From Sphingomonadales bacterium (GTDB taxonomy: Bacteria > Pseudomonadota > Alphaproteobacteria > Sphingomonadales > Sphingomonadaceae), in contig JBBRPI010000017.1 in the NCBI GenBank assembly GCA_038228305.1, forward strand, positions 532-64,531: a stretch of 64,000 nucleotides of DNA, written 5' to 3'. The notes below the pieces were generated by a model. The model saw only the letters and a program-made list of their open reading frames with translations, was not told the DNA's origin and ran no database searches. How positions within the stretch are numbered: position 1 is the first letter of the stretch; every line of letters begins with the position of its first letter. Made by a program: the position numbers and the translations under genes. Of this stretch, positions 53,969 to 64,000 are shown piece by piece.

Positions 53969-54924
53969 CGGCGATGCGATCGGCCGGGCTGATGGCCGCA
54001 GGCGCGATAGTGGCGGTGGCTGCCGTGCTGATGTGGCATTCGGTGCATGACGGGATACCCGAGGCCGATACGTCGGTAGCGGCGGCACCGCCGATCGAAG
54101 GACCGTTGAAGATGGACGCTGCCAATCGGAAACGGCTGGGCATCATTGTCACTCGTCTGCAATTGGCCAGCGCGGCGCGCGTCACTGCCGGCTTTACCCG
54201 GGCGCTGGATATTGGGCCGCTTGCCGCCATTGACAGTGAAATCCGCACTGCCCGTGCCGCCGCCGCCGCATCGGCCGCCGATGCGGCACGGCTGCGCGAT
54301 CTTGCGGCGCAGGATCAGAGCGCGTCGGCACGATCGGTACAGGTGGCCAATGCGCAGGCGACCGGTGATCGGCTGCGCGTCGATCTGGCGGTGCGCCGCA
54401 TCGCGCTGGAATATGGTCCTGGCCTGGCGCGGCTGGGCGAAACGGCGCGGATGCAGTTGATCGGTGACGTCGCTGCCGGGCGTGCCGCGTTGTTGCGCAT
54501 CGATGTGCCAGGGGCAGCACCGGTTACCAGCGTGCGGGTCGGCGATCCGGCGGTGGCAGTGATAATGCTGGGGCCGGCATCAGCGGCCGATCCTCGCGTG
54601 CAGGGGGTGGCGCTGCTGGCAATCCTGCGCGGCCCTGGCGTGCGCGAGGCGGCGGCCGGGCGGCAATTGCCGGCGATCATCGGCAGCGGCGCGGCGGAGG
54701 CCGGAACGATCGTGCCGCGCGGCGCATTGTTGCGGCAACATGGCGATGTGTTCGTTTATGTGGCCAAGGGCGACAGGTTTGAACGCCGCATTCTGTCAGC
54801 CGCGCGCCCGGTCGCGGATGGTTGGTTCACCGCCAGCGACCTGACGCCAGGTGACACGATCGTCACGGCTGGTGCCGGCAGTTTGCTTGCCGCCGAAAAC
54901 GGCGCAGTTGGCGGGGACGAATGA
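53965..54924 (+). CDS. RND membrane fusion protein
   Basis: N-terminal anchor, helical hairpin, IVPRGALL, FERR, L.PGD.IV..GA; overlaps both neighbours. Confidence 0.85.
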   Translation: MTAMRSAGLMAAGAIVAVAAVLMWHSVHDGIPEADTSVAAAPPIEGPLKMDAANRKRLGIIVTRLQLASAARVTAGFTRALDIGPLAAIDSEIRTARAAAAASAADAARLRDLAAQDQSASARSVQVANAQATGDRLRVDLAVRRIALEYGPGLARLGETARMQLIGDVAAGRAALLRIDVPGAAPVTSVRVGDPAVAVIMLGPASAADPRVQGVALLAILRGPGVREAAAGRQLPAIIGSGAAEAGTIVPRGALLRQHGDVFVYVAKGDRFERRILSAARPVADGWFTASDLTPGDTIVTAGAGSLLAAENGAVGGDE

Positions 54925-57900
54925 TGCTCGCATCCGTTGTCCGGGCTTCGTTGCGTCACCCGGTTTTGGTACTGGTCGCTGGCGTGCTGTTGCTCGCCTA
55001 TGGCATGATGACGGTAGTTGACGCCCGCTATGACGTGGTCCCGGAATTCGTGCCGCCCCAGGCGACGGTGCAGACCGAGGCCCCGGGCCTTGCCGCCGAT
55101 CAGGTCGAAGTGCTGGTGACGCGGCCATTGGAGGCGGCGATCAACGGCACCAATGGCGTGACCAGCGTGCGATCGGAATCAGTGCAGGGGCTGTCAGTTA
55201 TCAATGTCACCTTTGCCGAAGGCAGCGATCCGTTCCGCACTCGGCAGGTGCTGGCCGAATCGCTGGCAGAGGCGAATGGCAGGCTGCCATCAAATATTGC
55301 TACGCCGGTGCTCAGCCCGCTGACATCATCAACGATGGACCTGCTGAAAATCGGTTTTGTGGCGCCGGCGATGGATCCGATGGTGCTGCGCGATCTGGTG
55401 CAATGGCAGGTCCGCATCCGATTGCTGGCGGTGCCGGGTGTCGCCCGCGCCATCGTATTTGGCGGGGATGAGCGCCGGCTGGAAGTGCGGATGCATCCTG
55501 CGGCAATGCTGGCGCGCGGCGTTTCGCTCACCGATCTGACGACCGCGGTTCAGGCCGCAGCGACAGTGCGCGGCGGCGGGTTTGTCGAAAGCGCGGCGCA
55601 ACGCATCATCGTCACTGCTGCGGCGCCGCGGCTTGACGCCGCCGATCTGGCAAAGGCACCGTTGTCGCTGACTATGGGCGCGCCGATCAGGATCGGCGAC
55701 ATTGCCGACGTGACCGAGGCAGCAACGCCCAAATCGGGTGATGCCCTGGTCATGGGACGGCCCGGGGTGCTGATGGCGCTGTCGAGCCAATATGGCGCCA
55801 ATACGCTGAACACCACACTGGCGGTTGAAAAGGCACTTGCGGAACTGGCTCCGGCGCTCCGGGCGCAGGGCATCACTGTTTATCCGCGCCTGCATCGGCC
55901 GGCGAATTTCATCGAAGCGGCGCTAGCTGGCATCGAACGCGACCTCGCTATCGGCGCAGCCATGATCGGCCTGGTGCTATTGCTGTTCCTGCGCAATGTA
56001 CGGGTGGCGCTGATCATCTTTCTCGCCATCCCGCTGTCGCTGCTGGCGGCGCTGATCGTGCTCAATCTGCTCGGCCAGACGGTCAACACCATGACTCTGG
56101 GCGGGCTGGCGGTGGCGCTGGGGGTGGTGATCGATGATGCCATTGTCGATGTGGAAAATATCGTCCGCCGATTGCATGCCAGCGACAGCGATGATGTGGT
56201 TCAGGTGATCGGCGATGCTTCGATCGAAGTGCGAGCGCCGGTTGTCTATGCAACGTTTGTTCTGATCATGACCATCATGCCGGTGCTGTTCCTGACCGGG
56301 TTGCAGGGCGCATTCTTTGCGCCGCTGGCGCTGGCCTTTGGCCTTGCGGTGCTGGCGTCGCTGCTCGCCGCGCTGACGATCATTCCCGCGCTGGCGCTGC
56401 TGCTGCTGAGTCGCATTCCGGATCATGAAGAGCCGGCGGTGATCACCCGTATAAAGGCCGGCCATGCCCGGCTGGTTACCCGCATCTGCGCGGCGCCGGG
56501 CACGGTGGTTGCTGCGACCGCGGCGGTCGGCGTGCTGGCCTTGATCGGGCTGTCGTTGTTTGGATCCGAATTGCTGCCGGCGTTTCGGGAACGGCATTAT
56601 GTGCTGCAGGTCTCCGGGCCGGCAGGGGCCTCGATCCCCTGGATGCGAGACCTTGGCCGGCACATTTCGCATGACCTGCTGGCGATGCCGGAAATCAGCA
56701 CCGTCGAGCATCAAATCGGCCGCGCTGAATCGGGCGAGGATACGTTCCCGCCCCACCGCAGCGAATTCCATGTCGAACTGACGGCGCTGGGCGGTGCCGA
56801 TGAAGACGCCGCACAGGCAAAAATCCGCGCCGTGCTGGCCCGCTACCCCGGCACGCAAAGCGAGGTGCTGACATTTTTGGGGGACCGCATCAGCGAATCC
56901 CTTTCAGGCGAGACGGCAGCGCTGGCGATCGGCATCTATGGCGCCGATCTTGATGAACTTGATCGTGTGACGGCGCTGGTGGCGCAGGTGGTGCGCCGCG
57001 TGCCCGGCGCGGCCGATGTGCAGATAAAGGCCGCACCCGGCGCGCCCAGCCTGACGGTGCGGCTTGATCCCGCCCGGATGGCGTTGCGCGGCGTATCGGC
57101 GGCCGATGCCGCCGATACGATCGAAACGGCGTTTCAGGGCCGGGTGGTCGCACAGCGGGCCACCGCCAGCCAAGTCAGCGATATCGCCATCACCCTGCCA
57201 CCCGGCCTGCAACAGGATCCCGAGGCCATCGGCAACCTGTTGGTACGGTCCAGCGACGGCGTCACCACCCGGCTAGGCGACATTGCGGTGTTGGTTCCCG
57301 CCGACAGTCGCCTGTCGATCAACCATGACAATGGTTTGCGCCGCCAGATCGTGACCGCCAATCCGGCCGGTCGTGACGTTGCCAGCCTTACCGCCTCTGT
57401 AAAGCAAGCGGTCGCGCAAGGCGTTGTACTGCCGCGGGGCATGTATCTGGAATATACCGGGCAAGCCGAAGGCCAGGCGGCGGCATTCCGCCAATTGGCG
57501 ATCAATGTCAGCACTGCTGCCATCGGCGTCGGTGCCTTGCTGGTGCTGGCGTTTGGCGGTGGCCGGCCGGCGTTGCTGATCGTTGCTGTCACACCGTTCG
57601 CGCTGGCCGGCGGCGTTGTTGCAGCAGCACTGGGCGGCGGCGTGCTGTCACTGGGCGTACTCGTCGGCTTTGTGACATTGTTTGGCATCGCGGCGCGCAA
57701 CGCCATCCTGCTGATTTCCCATGTCGATCACCTAGTTGCTGAGGAAGGTGCGCCCTTCGGCCTGGCAACAGTCGTCCGCGCCACCCGCGAACGTGTGACG
57801 CCGATCCTGATCACTGCGCTGGTCACCGGTCTGGGCCTGGCGCCGCTCGCGCTGGAGGCCGGGCAATCCGGACGCGAAGTGCAGGGGCCGATGGCGGCGG

Positions 57901-58010
57901 TCATCCTGGGCGGCCTGATCACTTCGACGTTGATGAGCCTGCTCTTGCTGCCGGCGCTGGTGCTGACCTATCGGCATCATCGCAATGGCAACGAACAGGA
58001 TCGCCGGTAA
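54921..58010 (+). CDS. RND efflux permease, CusA/CzcA-like
   Basis: DVVPEF.P..ATVQTEAPG, NTMTLGGL...G..IDDAIVDVEN, RERVTPILIT, GGLITST; 12-TM layout. Confidence 0.93.
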   Translation: MMLASVVRASLRHPVLVLVAGVLLLAYGMMTVVDARYDVVPEFVPPQATVQTEAPGLAADQVEVLVTRPLEAAINGTNGVTSVRSESVQGLSVINVTFAEGSDPFRTRQVLAESLAEANGRLPSNIATPVLSPLTSSTMDLLKIGFVAPAMDPMVLRDLVQWQVRIRLLAVPGVARAIVFGGDERRLEVRMHPAAMLARGVSLTDLTTAVQAAATVRGGGFVESAAQRIIVTAAAPRLDAADLAKAPLSLTMGAPIRIGDIADVTEAATPKSGDALVMGRPGVLMALSSQYGANTLNTTLAVEKALAELAPALRAQGITVYPRLHRPANFIEAALAGIERDLAIGAAMIGLVLLLFLRNVRVALIIFLAIPLSLLAALIVLNLLGQTVNTMTLGGLAVALGVVIDDAIVDVENIVRRLHASDSDDVVQVIGDASIEVRAPVVYATFVLIMTIMPVLFLTGLQGAFFAPLALAFGLAVLASLLAALTIIPALALLLLSRIPDHEEPAVITRIKAGHARLVTRICAAPGTVVAATAAVGVLALIGLSLFGSELLPAFRERHYVLQVSGPAGASIPWMRDLGRHISHDLLAMPEISTVEHQIGRAESGEDTFPPHRSEFHVELTALGGADEDAAQAKIRAVLARYPGTQSEVLTFLGDRISESLSGETAALAIGIYGADLDELDRVTALVAQVVRRVPGAADVQIKAAPGAPSLTVRLDPARMALRGVSAADAADTIETAFQGRVVAQRATASQVSDIAITLPPGLQQDPEAIGNLLVRSSDGVTTRLGDIAVLVPADSRLSINHDNGLRRQIVTANPAGRDVASLTASVKQAVAQGVVLPRGMYLEYTGQAEGQAAAFRQLAINVSTAAIGVGALLVLAFGGGRPALLIVAVTPFALAGGVVAAALGGGVLSLGVLVGFVTLFGIAARNAILLISHVDHLVAEEGAPFGLATVVRATRERVTPILITALVTGLGLAPLALEAGQSGREVQGPMAAVILGGLITSTLMSLLLLPALVLTYRHHRNGNEQDRR

Positions 58011-58688
58011 ATGCGCGTGCTGCTGATCGAGGATGATGGTCGCACAGCCGCGTTCATTGTCGACGGGCTTGGCGAACGTGGCCATGCCGTGATGGTGGCC
58101 GGTGACGGCGACGTCGCGCGCACCATCGCTGCAACCCGCAGCTTTGACATCATCATCGCCGACCGCATGTTGCCGCGGGATGACGGGCTGGGTGTCGTTG
58201 CCAGCCTGCGGGCCAGCGGCCACGCTTGCCCTGTTCTGATGTTGACGGCGCTTGGATCGGTGGAAGACCGGGTGATGGGCCTGGAAGGCGGCGCCGATGA
58301 TTATCTGGTGAAACCCTTTTCGATCGTCGAACTGGCGGCGCGTGTCGCAGCGCTGGGCCGACGCCCGGCGCTGGTGACGGAACCGCTTACGTTGTTGTCG
58401 GTGGATAGCCTGGTGCTCGATCGGCTGGCGCGGACCGTGCGGCGGTCCGGCACCACCATCGAGCTTCAGCCGCGCGAATTTCAGCTGCTCGAATTGCTGA
58501 TGCTCGAACAGCCGCGCGTGCTGACACGCACCATGCTGCTGGAGCGCGTCTGGCATTTCCACTTTGATCCCGGCACCAATATCGTTGAAAGCCATATCAG
58601 CCGGCTGCGTGGCAAGATCGACCGCGGCGGCGATCGCCCGTTGATCGCGACGATCCGTGGAGAGGGATATGCCATCAGGCCCCATTAG
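58011..58688 (+). CDS. OmpR-family response regulator
   Basis: LLIEDD, IADRMLP, GADDYLVKPF, REFQLLE, TNIVESHISRLRGK. Confidence 0.94.
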   Translation: MRVLLIEDDGRTAAFIVDGLGERGHAVMVAGDGDVARTIAATRSFDIIIADRMLPRDDGLGVVASLRASGHACPVLMLTALGSVEDRVMGLEGGADDYLVKPFSIVELAARVAALGRRPALVTEPLTLLSVDSLVLDRLARTVRRSGTTIELQPREFQLLELLMLEQPRVLTRTMLLERVWHFHFDPGTNIVESHISRLRGKIDRGGDRPLIATIRGEGYAIRPH

Positions 58689-60057
58689 GCCATTGCTCGC
58701 TTCCACCGGATTTCGCATCGCGCTGCTGCAAGCGGGTTTGCTGACAGTGGCGATGGCGGCTGCGGCATCGGGAGCCTGGATCGCCACACGCGATCTTGTG
58801 GCACGCGACCTGCGATCGCGGATCAGTGTCGAAGTCGAGGCGATCCGCCTTGAGGCGACGCGTGAGGGTCTTTCGGCTGCGGCCGAAGCCGTGATGGCGC
58901 GTGCCGAACGGCCAGGCGCACTTGAATATCGGCTGGTCGATGCTGCCGGTCACCGCTTGGCCGGCGATCTCGGGGCACCGGTGTTGCAGCCTGGCTGGAC
59001 AAATTTGGTCGATATGCCGCCGGAACCGGACGGGGATCGGCACGCCCGTATTCTGGTGTTTACCGCCGATTTGCCAGGCGGCGCGCAACTGTCGGTTGGC
59101 GATGATGTCACGCGGGGTACGGCAATGCGCGATGCGATTTTCCGGGCCATCGCAAGCTGGGGCGCTGCCGCGCTCGCGTTGGGGTTGGTGGCGAGCATCT
59201 GGCTGACAAGGCGCGCGCTGGGCCGGATGAAGGTCGTTTCCGATACGATTTCGGCGGCCGGACGCGGCGACCTGGCGGCGCGCACGGCGCTGCCGCTGAC
59301 CAGCGGTGACGATATCGACATGCTGGCGCGCGGCGTCGACGACATGCTGGATCGGATCGGCATATTGGTGGCGGCAGTGCGCCGGGTATCGGCGGATGTC
59401 GCGCATGAACTGCGTACGCCATTGATGCATCTTGGCCAGCGGCTTGAACAGGCAGCGGCTGCGCCTGATGCGCAATCGCGCCAAATTGCGCTTGTCGCGG
59501 CCAGCGCCGATCTTGGCAGCGCTCTCAGGCTGTTCGATGCGATGCTGCGCCTTGCCGAGATTGACGCCGGTGCATCGCGATCACGGTTCACCCTTGTCGA
59601 TCTTGGCGAAGTGGCGGAGCGCGTTGCGGATGCTTATCGGCCGGAATTCGAGGCGTCTGGACGTGTGCTCGATGCTAGCGCCATTGTCTCTGCACATGTC
59701 CTTGGCGACGCGGATTTGATCGCGCAGTTGCTTGCCAATCTCCTCGACAACGCGATCAAGTTCACGGCTGCTGGTGCCTGCATCACAGTCAGCGTCCGCT
59801 GCCACGATGCCGAAGCGGTGTTGACGGTTGCCGATGATGGGCCGGGTATTGATGCTGAAAGCCTTGATTCGATTTCCGATCCGTTCCGGCGCAGCGCAGC
59901 GGCGGGTGACACGGTAGGGTCCGGCCTCGGCCTGGCGATCGTCGATGCGGTGGCGCGGCTGCATGCGGCGCGCTACCGGCTTGAAGACGGCAACCCGGGC
60001 CTGGTGGCACGGGTGCGCTTTGCGCTAACCACGCAGCAGCTTGCCCCTCGGCCGTGA
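58669..60057 (+). CDS. Sensor histidine kinase
   Basis: Two TM helices, HAMP, VAHELRTP, NLLDNAIKF, DDGPGI, GSGLGL. Confidence 0.93.
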   Translation: MPSGPIRPLLASTGFRIALLQAGLLTVAMAAAASGAWIATRDLVARDLRSRISVEVEAIRLEATREGLSAAAEAVMARAERPGALEYRLVDAAGHRLAGDLGAPVLQPGWTNLVDMPPEPDGDRHARILVFTADLPGGAQLSVGDDVTRGTAMRDAIFRAIASWGAAALALGLVASIWLTRRALGRMKVVSDTISAAGRGDLAARTALPLTSGDDIDMLARGVDDMLDRIGILVAAVRRVSADVAHELRTPLMHLGQRLEQAAAAPDAQSRQIALVAASADLGSALRLFDAMLRLAEIDAGASRSRFTLVDLGEVAERVADAYRPEFEASGRVLDASAIVSAHVLGDADLIAQLLANLLDNAIKFTAAGACITVSVRCHDAEAVLTVADDGPGIDAESLDSISDPFRRSAAAGDTVGSGLGLAIVDAVARLHAARYRLEDGNPGLVARVRFALTTQQLAPRP

Positions 60058-60590
60058 ACTGGTCCTGGTCGATGTGAATGACGGAGCGTTGAAGCCAAAC
60101 CGATCCCGAGCTGGAAAACCCCCGGAGTTTGATGATTGAAGGTGGCATGAATTGCCTGCGGCGCAGCTTTAGAAATCCTGAGGGTAAGGCAATCGTCGCC
60201 AAGCTCGCGTGTCTGCGTAGTTTCCGAACCTATCCCCTGTGCAAGATGGATGCCTATTCTTGGGCAGGATCCACGAAATCACAGGATCGCTATAGCTGGC
60301 TTGAGGGGGGTCTCGACGGGGAACAGCCGATTGCGAGGCTGGATTCCGTCATGGTTGCAACCTATTGGATAACACGCTGTATTCGCCCTGCCATTTGCCT
60401 TTGCGGGACGCCAAGCAACGTTGCAGGCGCGCTTGCGGCGGCATATCGTGGTCCTGCCGGTCCAGCAGCCTTGCAGGGATTAGGCTCGTTTCGCACGGGC
60501 CTGACCTGCTGAATGCGGCGGCAAGCCGTTACGTTGCGTGTCCGGGCCGGCGTGGCTCCAACTAGACCCAATAAGCAGGAAGGTCCCGCA

Positions 60591-63500
60591 TTGGGAGCTT
60601 CAAAGGTGCCGGTGGGCCAACGGTCTCATGTCGGTTGCGGTGATTTGGGAACACCCGACAGCGCAGTGGCGGCGGAGCAGATCCGCATGCTGCTGCAAAA
60701 CCCCGCCGACGTTCCGGCCAACCTGATGAATGCCGGCATTGTCGGCATTTTCGTGTGGCCGCTGTTTCCGGTCTGGGTGATGGTGCTGTGGCTGGGTTCG
60801 GTTTGTGCCGTCAGCGTGATGCGGGCTTTGCTGCGGCACAATTACGCTCATTCTGCCGGTGACGCGAAAACATCGCCGAATTGGGCGCGAATGTTCACCA
60901 TCAACGCCTTTATCGCGGGGTGCCTGTGGGGGCTTTCTGCCTCGGTCATCCTGATGACGCCTGATCCGGTCTATTACAATTTCATCGTCTTCGTGCTCGG
61001 CGGCACGATGGCGGGGGGCGTTGTCTGCATCGCCATCAATTTTCGGGCAATGCTCGCGTTTGTCCTGCCAACCATTCTCCCCCCGATTGTCGCATTGGCA
61101 CTTCGTGGCAGTCCTGTTCTGATTGGCATGGCGATAATGCTCGCGCTGTTTACGATCGCACTGGTCTGGACCGGCCGCAGCATCAACAAATCGATCACAG
61201 AAAATGTTCGCTTGCGGTTCGGGCAGCAGCGTTTGGTGGCCAACCTGCTCGCCAGCGAGGCTGGCACCGCGTTACTGGCCGCAATCGTCGATGCCTCGGA
61301 CGACGCAATCGTTTCGGAGACGGTTGCCGGCGAGATCCTCAGCTGGAATCAAGGCGCCGCGCAGATGTTCGGCTATCGCGCCGACGAGGCGATCAACCGC
61401 AATATTCGAATGCTCATTCCCGGCGACCGGGCGAGGGAGATTGATGGAAACCTCGATGCGCTCGCCCATGGTCATCGGATAGAGCCATTTGATACCCAGC
61501 GCCGGCGAAAAGACGGCACGCTGGTCCCGGTGTCGATTGCGGTTTCAATGACGTACGATACTGCCGGAACCGTGGTCGGGGCGTCGTTTATCGCCCGCGA
61601 CATCAGTGAGCGACAGCTGGCGGCCAACGCGCTGGCCTATCGCGACCTGCTCGTACACGCCGTGACACTTGGCACCGAAACGCTGCTAAGGGCCCAATCG
61701 CTCGATTTGGGCATGCCCGAGGCCCTCCGCCTTATCGGCGATAGCATGGGGCTGGATCGCATTTTCCTGATACGTATCCTTTCCGATCCTGTGCCCCTGA
61801 TGACGATGCGCTATCGTTGGGAGGCAGCCAGCCTAAAAACGCGACTCACGGGCGCTACGTTTGGGGTTGATGCGTTGGGAGTGGCGACTGCAGCCGGATG
61901 GATAAAGCTGCTGACCGACGGCAAACCGGTAGCCATTCAGGTGGCGACCTGCGAGGGGCCCGCCCGGGCCTTGCTCGAAAACCTTGGCAACAAGTCCACA
62001 CTCCTTGTTCCGATCTTTGTTGGCAACCTGTTTTGGGGTGCTGTGGTTGCCGACGCCTGCACGACGGTCCGAGAATGGCACGTCAGCGAGATCGACACTT
62101 TAAGGACTTTTGCCGACATCGCCGGCGCTATAATCCGGCGCACTGACGCGGACCAGAAACTCCAGTTTGCCAACATCCTGCTCCAGACCCAGATGGAGGC
62201 TTCCCTTGATGGCACACTCGTTGTGGACGAGAAAAAGTCGATTGTTGCATGCAATCAGCGGTTCGCCGCGATGTGGCAGATCCCGCCGGCGGATATGGTG
62301 GCCGGCCATGACGACGCGGTTTTGGCAAGGGTGGCGTCCAACATGAAGGATCGTGAGGGCTTCGTCGCGCGCGTGGATTACCTCTATGCCCATCCCGGCG
62401 AAGATAGTCAGGATGAACTCCAGACGATCGATGGCCGGTTCATCGATCGCCACACGGTGACGCTTTATACCCCGTTGCACGACTATCTCGGACGCGCCTG
62501 GTTTTTTCGCGACATTACCGATCGCAAGCGGATCGAGGCCCTTGCACTGCGGATGGCACGATTTGACGTGCTGACCGGCCTAGCCAACCGCGCCGTTTTT
62601 GTGGAAGCGCTGCAGCACGCCATTGAGGCAGCAAAACGCGGCGCAAAAAGTTTTGCTGTGATTTATCTCGATCTCGATCATTTCAAGGACGTGAATGATA
62701 CGCTCGGTCATCCAGTTGGCGATGAACTGTTGAAAGCGGTGGCCGACCGGCTGCGTGCCAACACGCGCGAAACCGACACGGTCGCCAGATTTGGCGGGGA
62801 TGAGTTCGCCATTATCGTGGCCGATATCCGCGATCTCACCGATGCAGCAATGCTGGCGGAAAAACTTCTTGCCGCGCTTGCTGATCCCTATTCCGTGCGT
62901 GGAAGCGAAATTCACAGTGGAGCCAGTATCGGGATCGCTGCCTATGGCGCTGATTCCGCTGATGCCGAGACCTTGCTTTCGCACGCTGATGTGGCGCTTT
63001 ACCGTGCCAAGGGAGAACGGCGCGGCAGTTACCGATTTTTCACTGACCTGATGGACGCAGAGGTCAGGTCGCGGGTGACGCTGAGTGCCGAGCTTCGCAT
63101 GGCGGTCGATCAAGGCCAGCTGTTTTTAATGTATCAGCCGCAGGTTGCGATCGCGACTGGGCGAATCACCGGAGTAGAAGCGCTGGTGCGGTGGCGGCAC
63201 CCGACTCGTGGCATCCTGCCAGCAGCACTGTTTATTCCACTGGCAGAACAGATCGGCATCATCGGAAAGCTTGGCCATTGGGTGCTGTGGGAAGCATGCC
63301 GGCAAGGCAAGGCCTGGCTTGACGAGGGCGTTCCGCCCGTGCGGATCGCGGTGAATGTGTCGGCCCTGCAATTCCGGGCTGCGGTCGCGCTGGAAGCCGA
63401 TATCATTGCCGCCCTTGCGCACACCGGCCTGCCGCCGCGGCTGCTTGAACTTGAGTTGACGGAATCCATGCTCATGGAGGCATCGCGTGAACATAGTGAC

Positions 63501-63935
63501 GTCCTTCAGCGCCTGCGCAGCGCCGGCGTGACAATGGCCATTGATGATTTTGGTACCGGCTTTTCGTCCTTGGATTATCTCGGTCGATTTCCGAGTGACC
63601 GCATCAAGATCGCACAGACCTTTGTCGACAATCTGGAAAACACGCCGGGCGAAGCCGCCATCGTTCGCGCAACCATCGGCCTGGCGCGTGAATTGAAAAT
63701 CGCCATCATAGCGGAGGGGGTGGAAACGCGGGTGCAATATGATCGCCTGAAGGACTGGGGTTGCGCCGAGGTTCAGGGATTCTTGCTCGCAAAGCCACTG
63801 ACCGCGCAGGATGCGGCAACCGTGCTGCGTGACGGCAAAATTTCGCCGCCAGACTCGAGCCGGTCCCAGAGTAAAGCGCCGGAGCCTACGGCTGAATCCA
63901 CATCGGCTTCAAATGCGCCACGCTCCATGGTCTAA
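60591..63935 (+). CDS. Membrane-bound PAS-GAF-PAS-GGDEF-EAL c-di-GMP enzyme
   Basis: About 5 N-terminal TM helices; PAS (ILSWNQGAAQMFGY); GAF-like region; second PAS; RETD I-site + GGDEF; EAL, DDFGTGFSSL. TTG start after AGGAAGG chosen (ORF open from 60513). Confidence 0.93.
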   Translation: MGASKVPVGQRSHVGCGDLGTPDSAVAAEQIRMLLQNPADVPANLMNAGIVGIFVWPLFPVWVMVLWLGSVCAVSVMRALLRHNYAHSAGDAKTSPNWARMFTINAFIAGCLWGLSASVILMTPDPVYYNFIVFVLGGTMAGGVVCIAINFRAMLAFVLPTILPPIVALALRGSPVLIGMAIMLALFTIALVWTGRSINKSITENVRLRFGQQRLVANLLASEAGTALLAAIVDASDDAIVSETVAGEILSWNQGAAQMFGYRADEAINRNIRMLIPGDRAREIDGNLDALAHGHRIEPFDTQRRRKDGTLVPVSIAVSMTYDTAGTVVGASFIARDISERQLAANALAYRDLLVHAVTLGTETLLRAQSLDLGMPEALRLIGDSMGLDRIFLIRILSDPVPLMTMRYRWEAASLKTRLTGATFGVDALGVATAAGWIKLLTDGKPVAIQVATCEGPARALLENLGNKSTLLVPIFVGNLFWGAVVADACTTVREWHVSEIDTLRTFADIAGAIIRRTDADQKLQFANILLQTQMEASLDGTLVVDEKKSIVACNQRFAAMWQIPPADMVAGHDDAVLARVASNMKDREGFVARVDYLYAHPGEDSQDELQTIDGRFIDRHTVTLYTPLHDYLGRAWFFRDITDRKRIEALALRMARFDVLTGLANRAVFVEALQHAIEAAKRGAKSFAVIYLDLDHFKDVNDTLGHPVGDELLKAVADRLRANTRETDTVARFGGDEFAIIVADIRDLTDAAMLAEKLLAALADPYSVRGSEIHSGASIGIAAYGADSADAETLLSHADVALYRAKGERRGSYRFFTDLMDAEVRSRVTLSAELRMAVDQGQLFLMYQPQVAIATGRITGVEALVRWRHPTRGILPAALFIPLAEQIGIIGKLGHWVLWEACRQGKAWLDEGVPPVRIAVNVSALQFRAAVALEADIIAALAHTGLPPRLLELELTESMLMEASREHSDVLQRLRSAGVTMAIDDFGTGFSSLDYLGRFPSDRIKIAQTFVDNLENTPGEAAIVRATIGLARELKIAIIAEGVETRVQYDRLKDWGCAEVQGFLLAKPLTAQDAATVLRDGKISPPDSSRSQSKAPEPTAESTSASNAPRSMV

Positions 63936-64000
63936 GCCTGATGCCCGGCGATGTCAGAACTGCGGTTTGCAGCGACGAGGTTGCGAGAAGCAAAAGCCGA

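Noticed and set aside
60058-60590. Long spacer with AAAACCCCCGGAGTTT and a GCAACGTTGC palindrome, considered as an IS end or ncRNA
   Set aside because: No partner inverted repeat, transposase fragment or convincing RNA fold found by eye.

Overview
GC-rich alphaproteobacterial chromosome segment. Gene content and synteny point to Sphingomonadales, probably an aerobic anoxygenic phototroph (inference). Bases 1-47008 are mostly core genome: clpB, a detached bchIDO operon divergent from recF-[Fe-S photolyase]-gyrB, a Fur-boxed TonB receptor, an AttEFGH-like ABC system, a light-dependent protochlorophyllide reductase (por), the chvI-chvG-hprK/rapZ-EIIA-HPr/pckA locus and gshA. Small accessory inserts interrupt this core: a membrane protein + vWA-like pair, an Eco29kI-like restriction-modification system, and an XRE regulator / NG-pentapeptide-repeat protein / ADYC-domain module. 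After tRNA-Arg(ACG) and an IS701 remnant lies an island-like region with a Pho-box-preceded TonB receptor + metallophosphoesterase + beta-propeller unit, an RND efflux system with a two-component pair, and a PAS/GAF-GGDEF-EAL protein. The best candidates for undescribed biology are the XRE/NG-repeat/ADYC module with its 22-bp-phased operator array, an unexplained 84-nt element present twice just downstream of stop codons, an in-frame HprK-RapZ fusion, and a cytochrome b561-cytochrome c fusion. All family calls come from motif recognition by eye; no database search was run, and start codons are best estimates.
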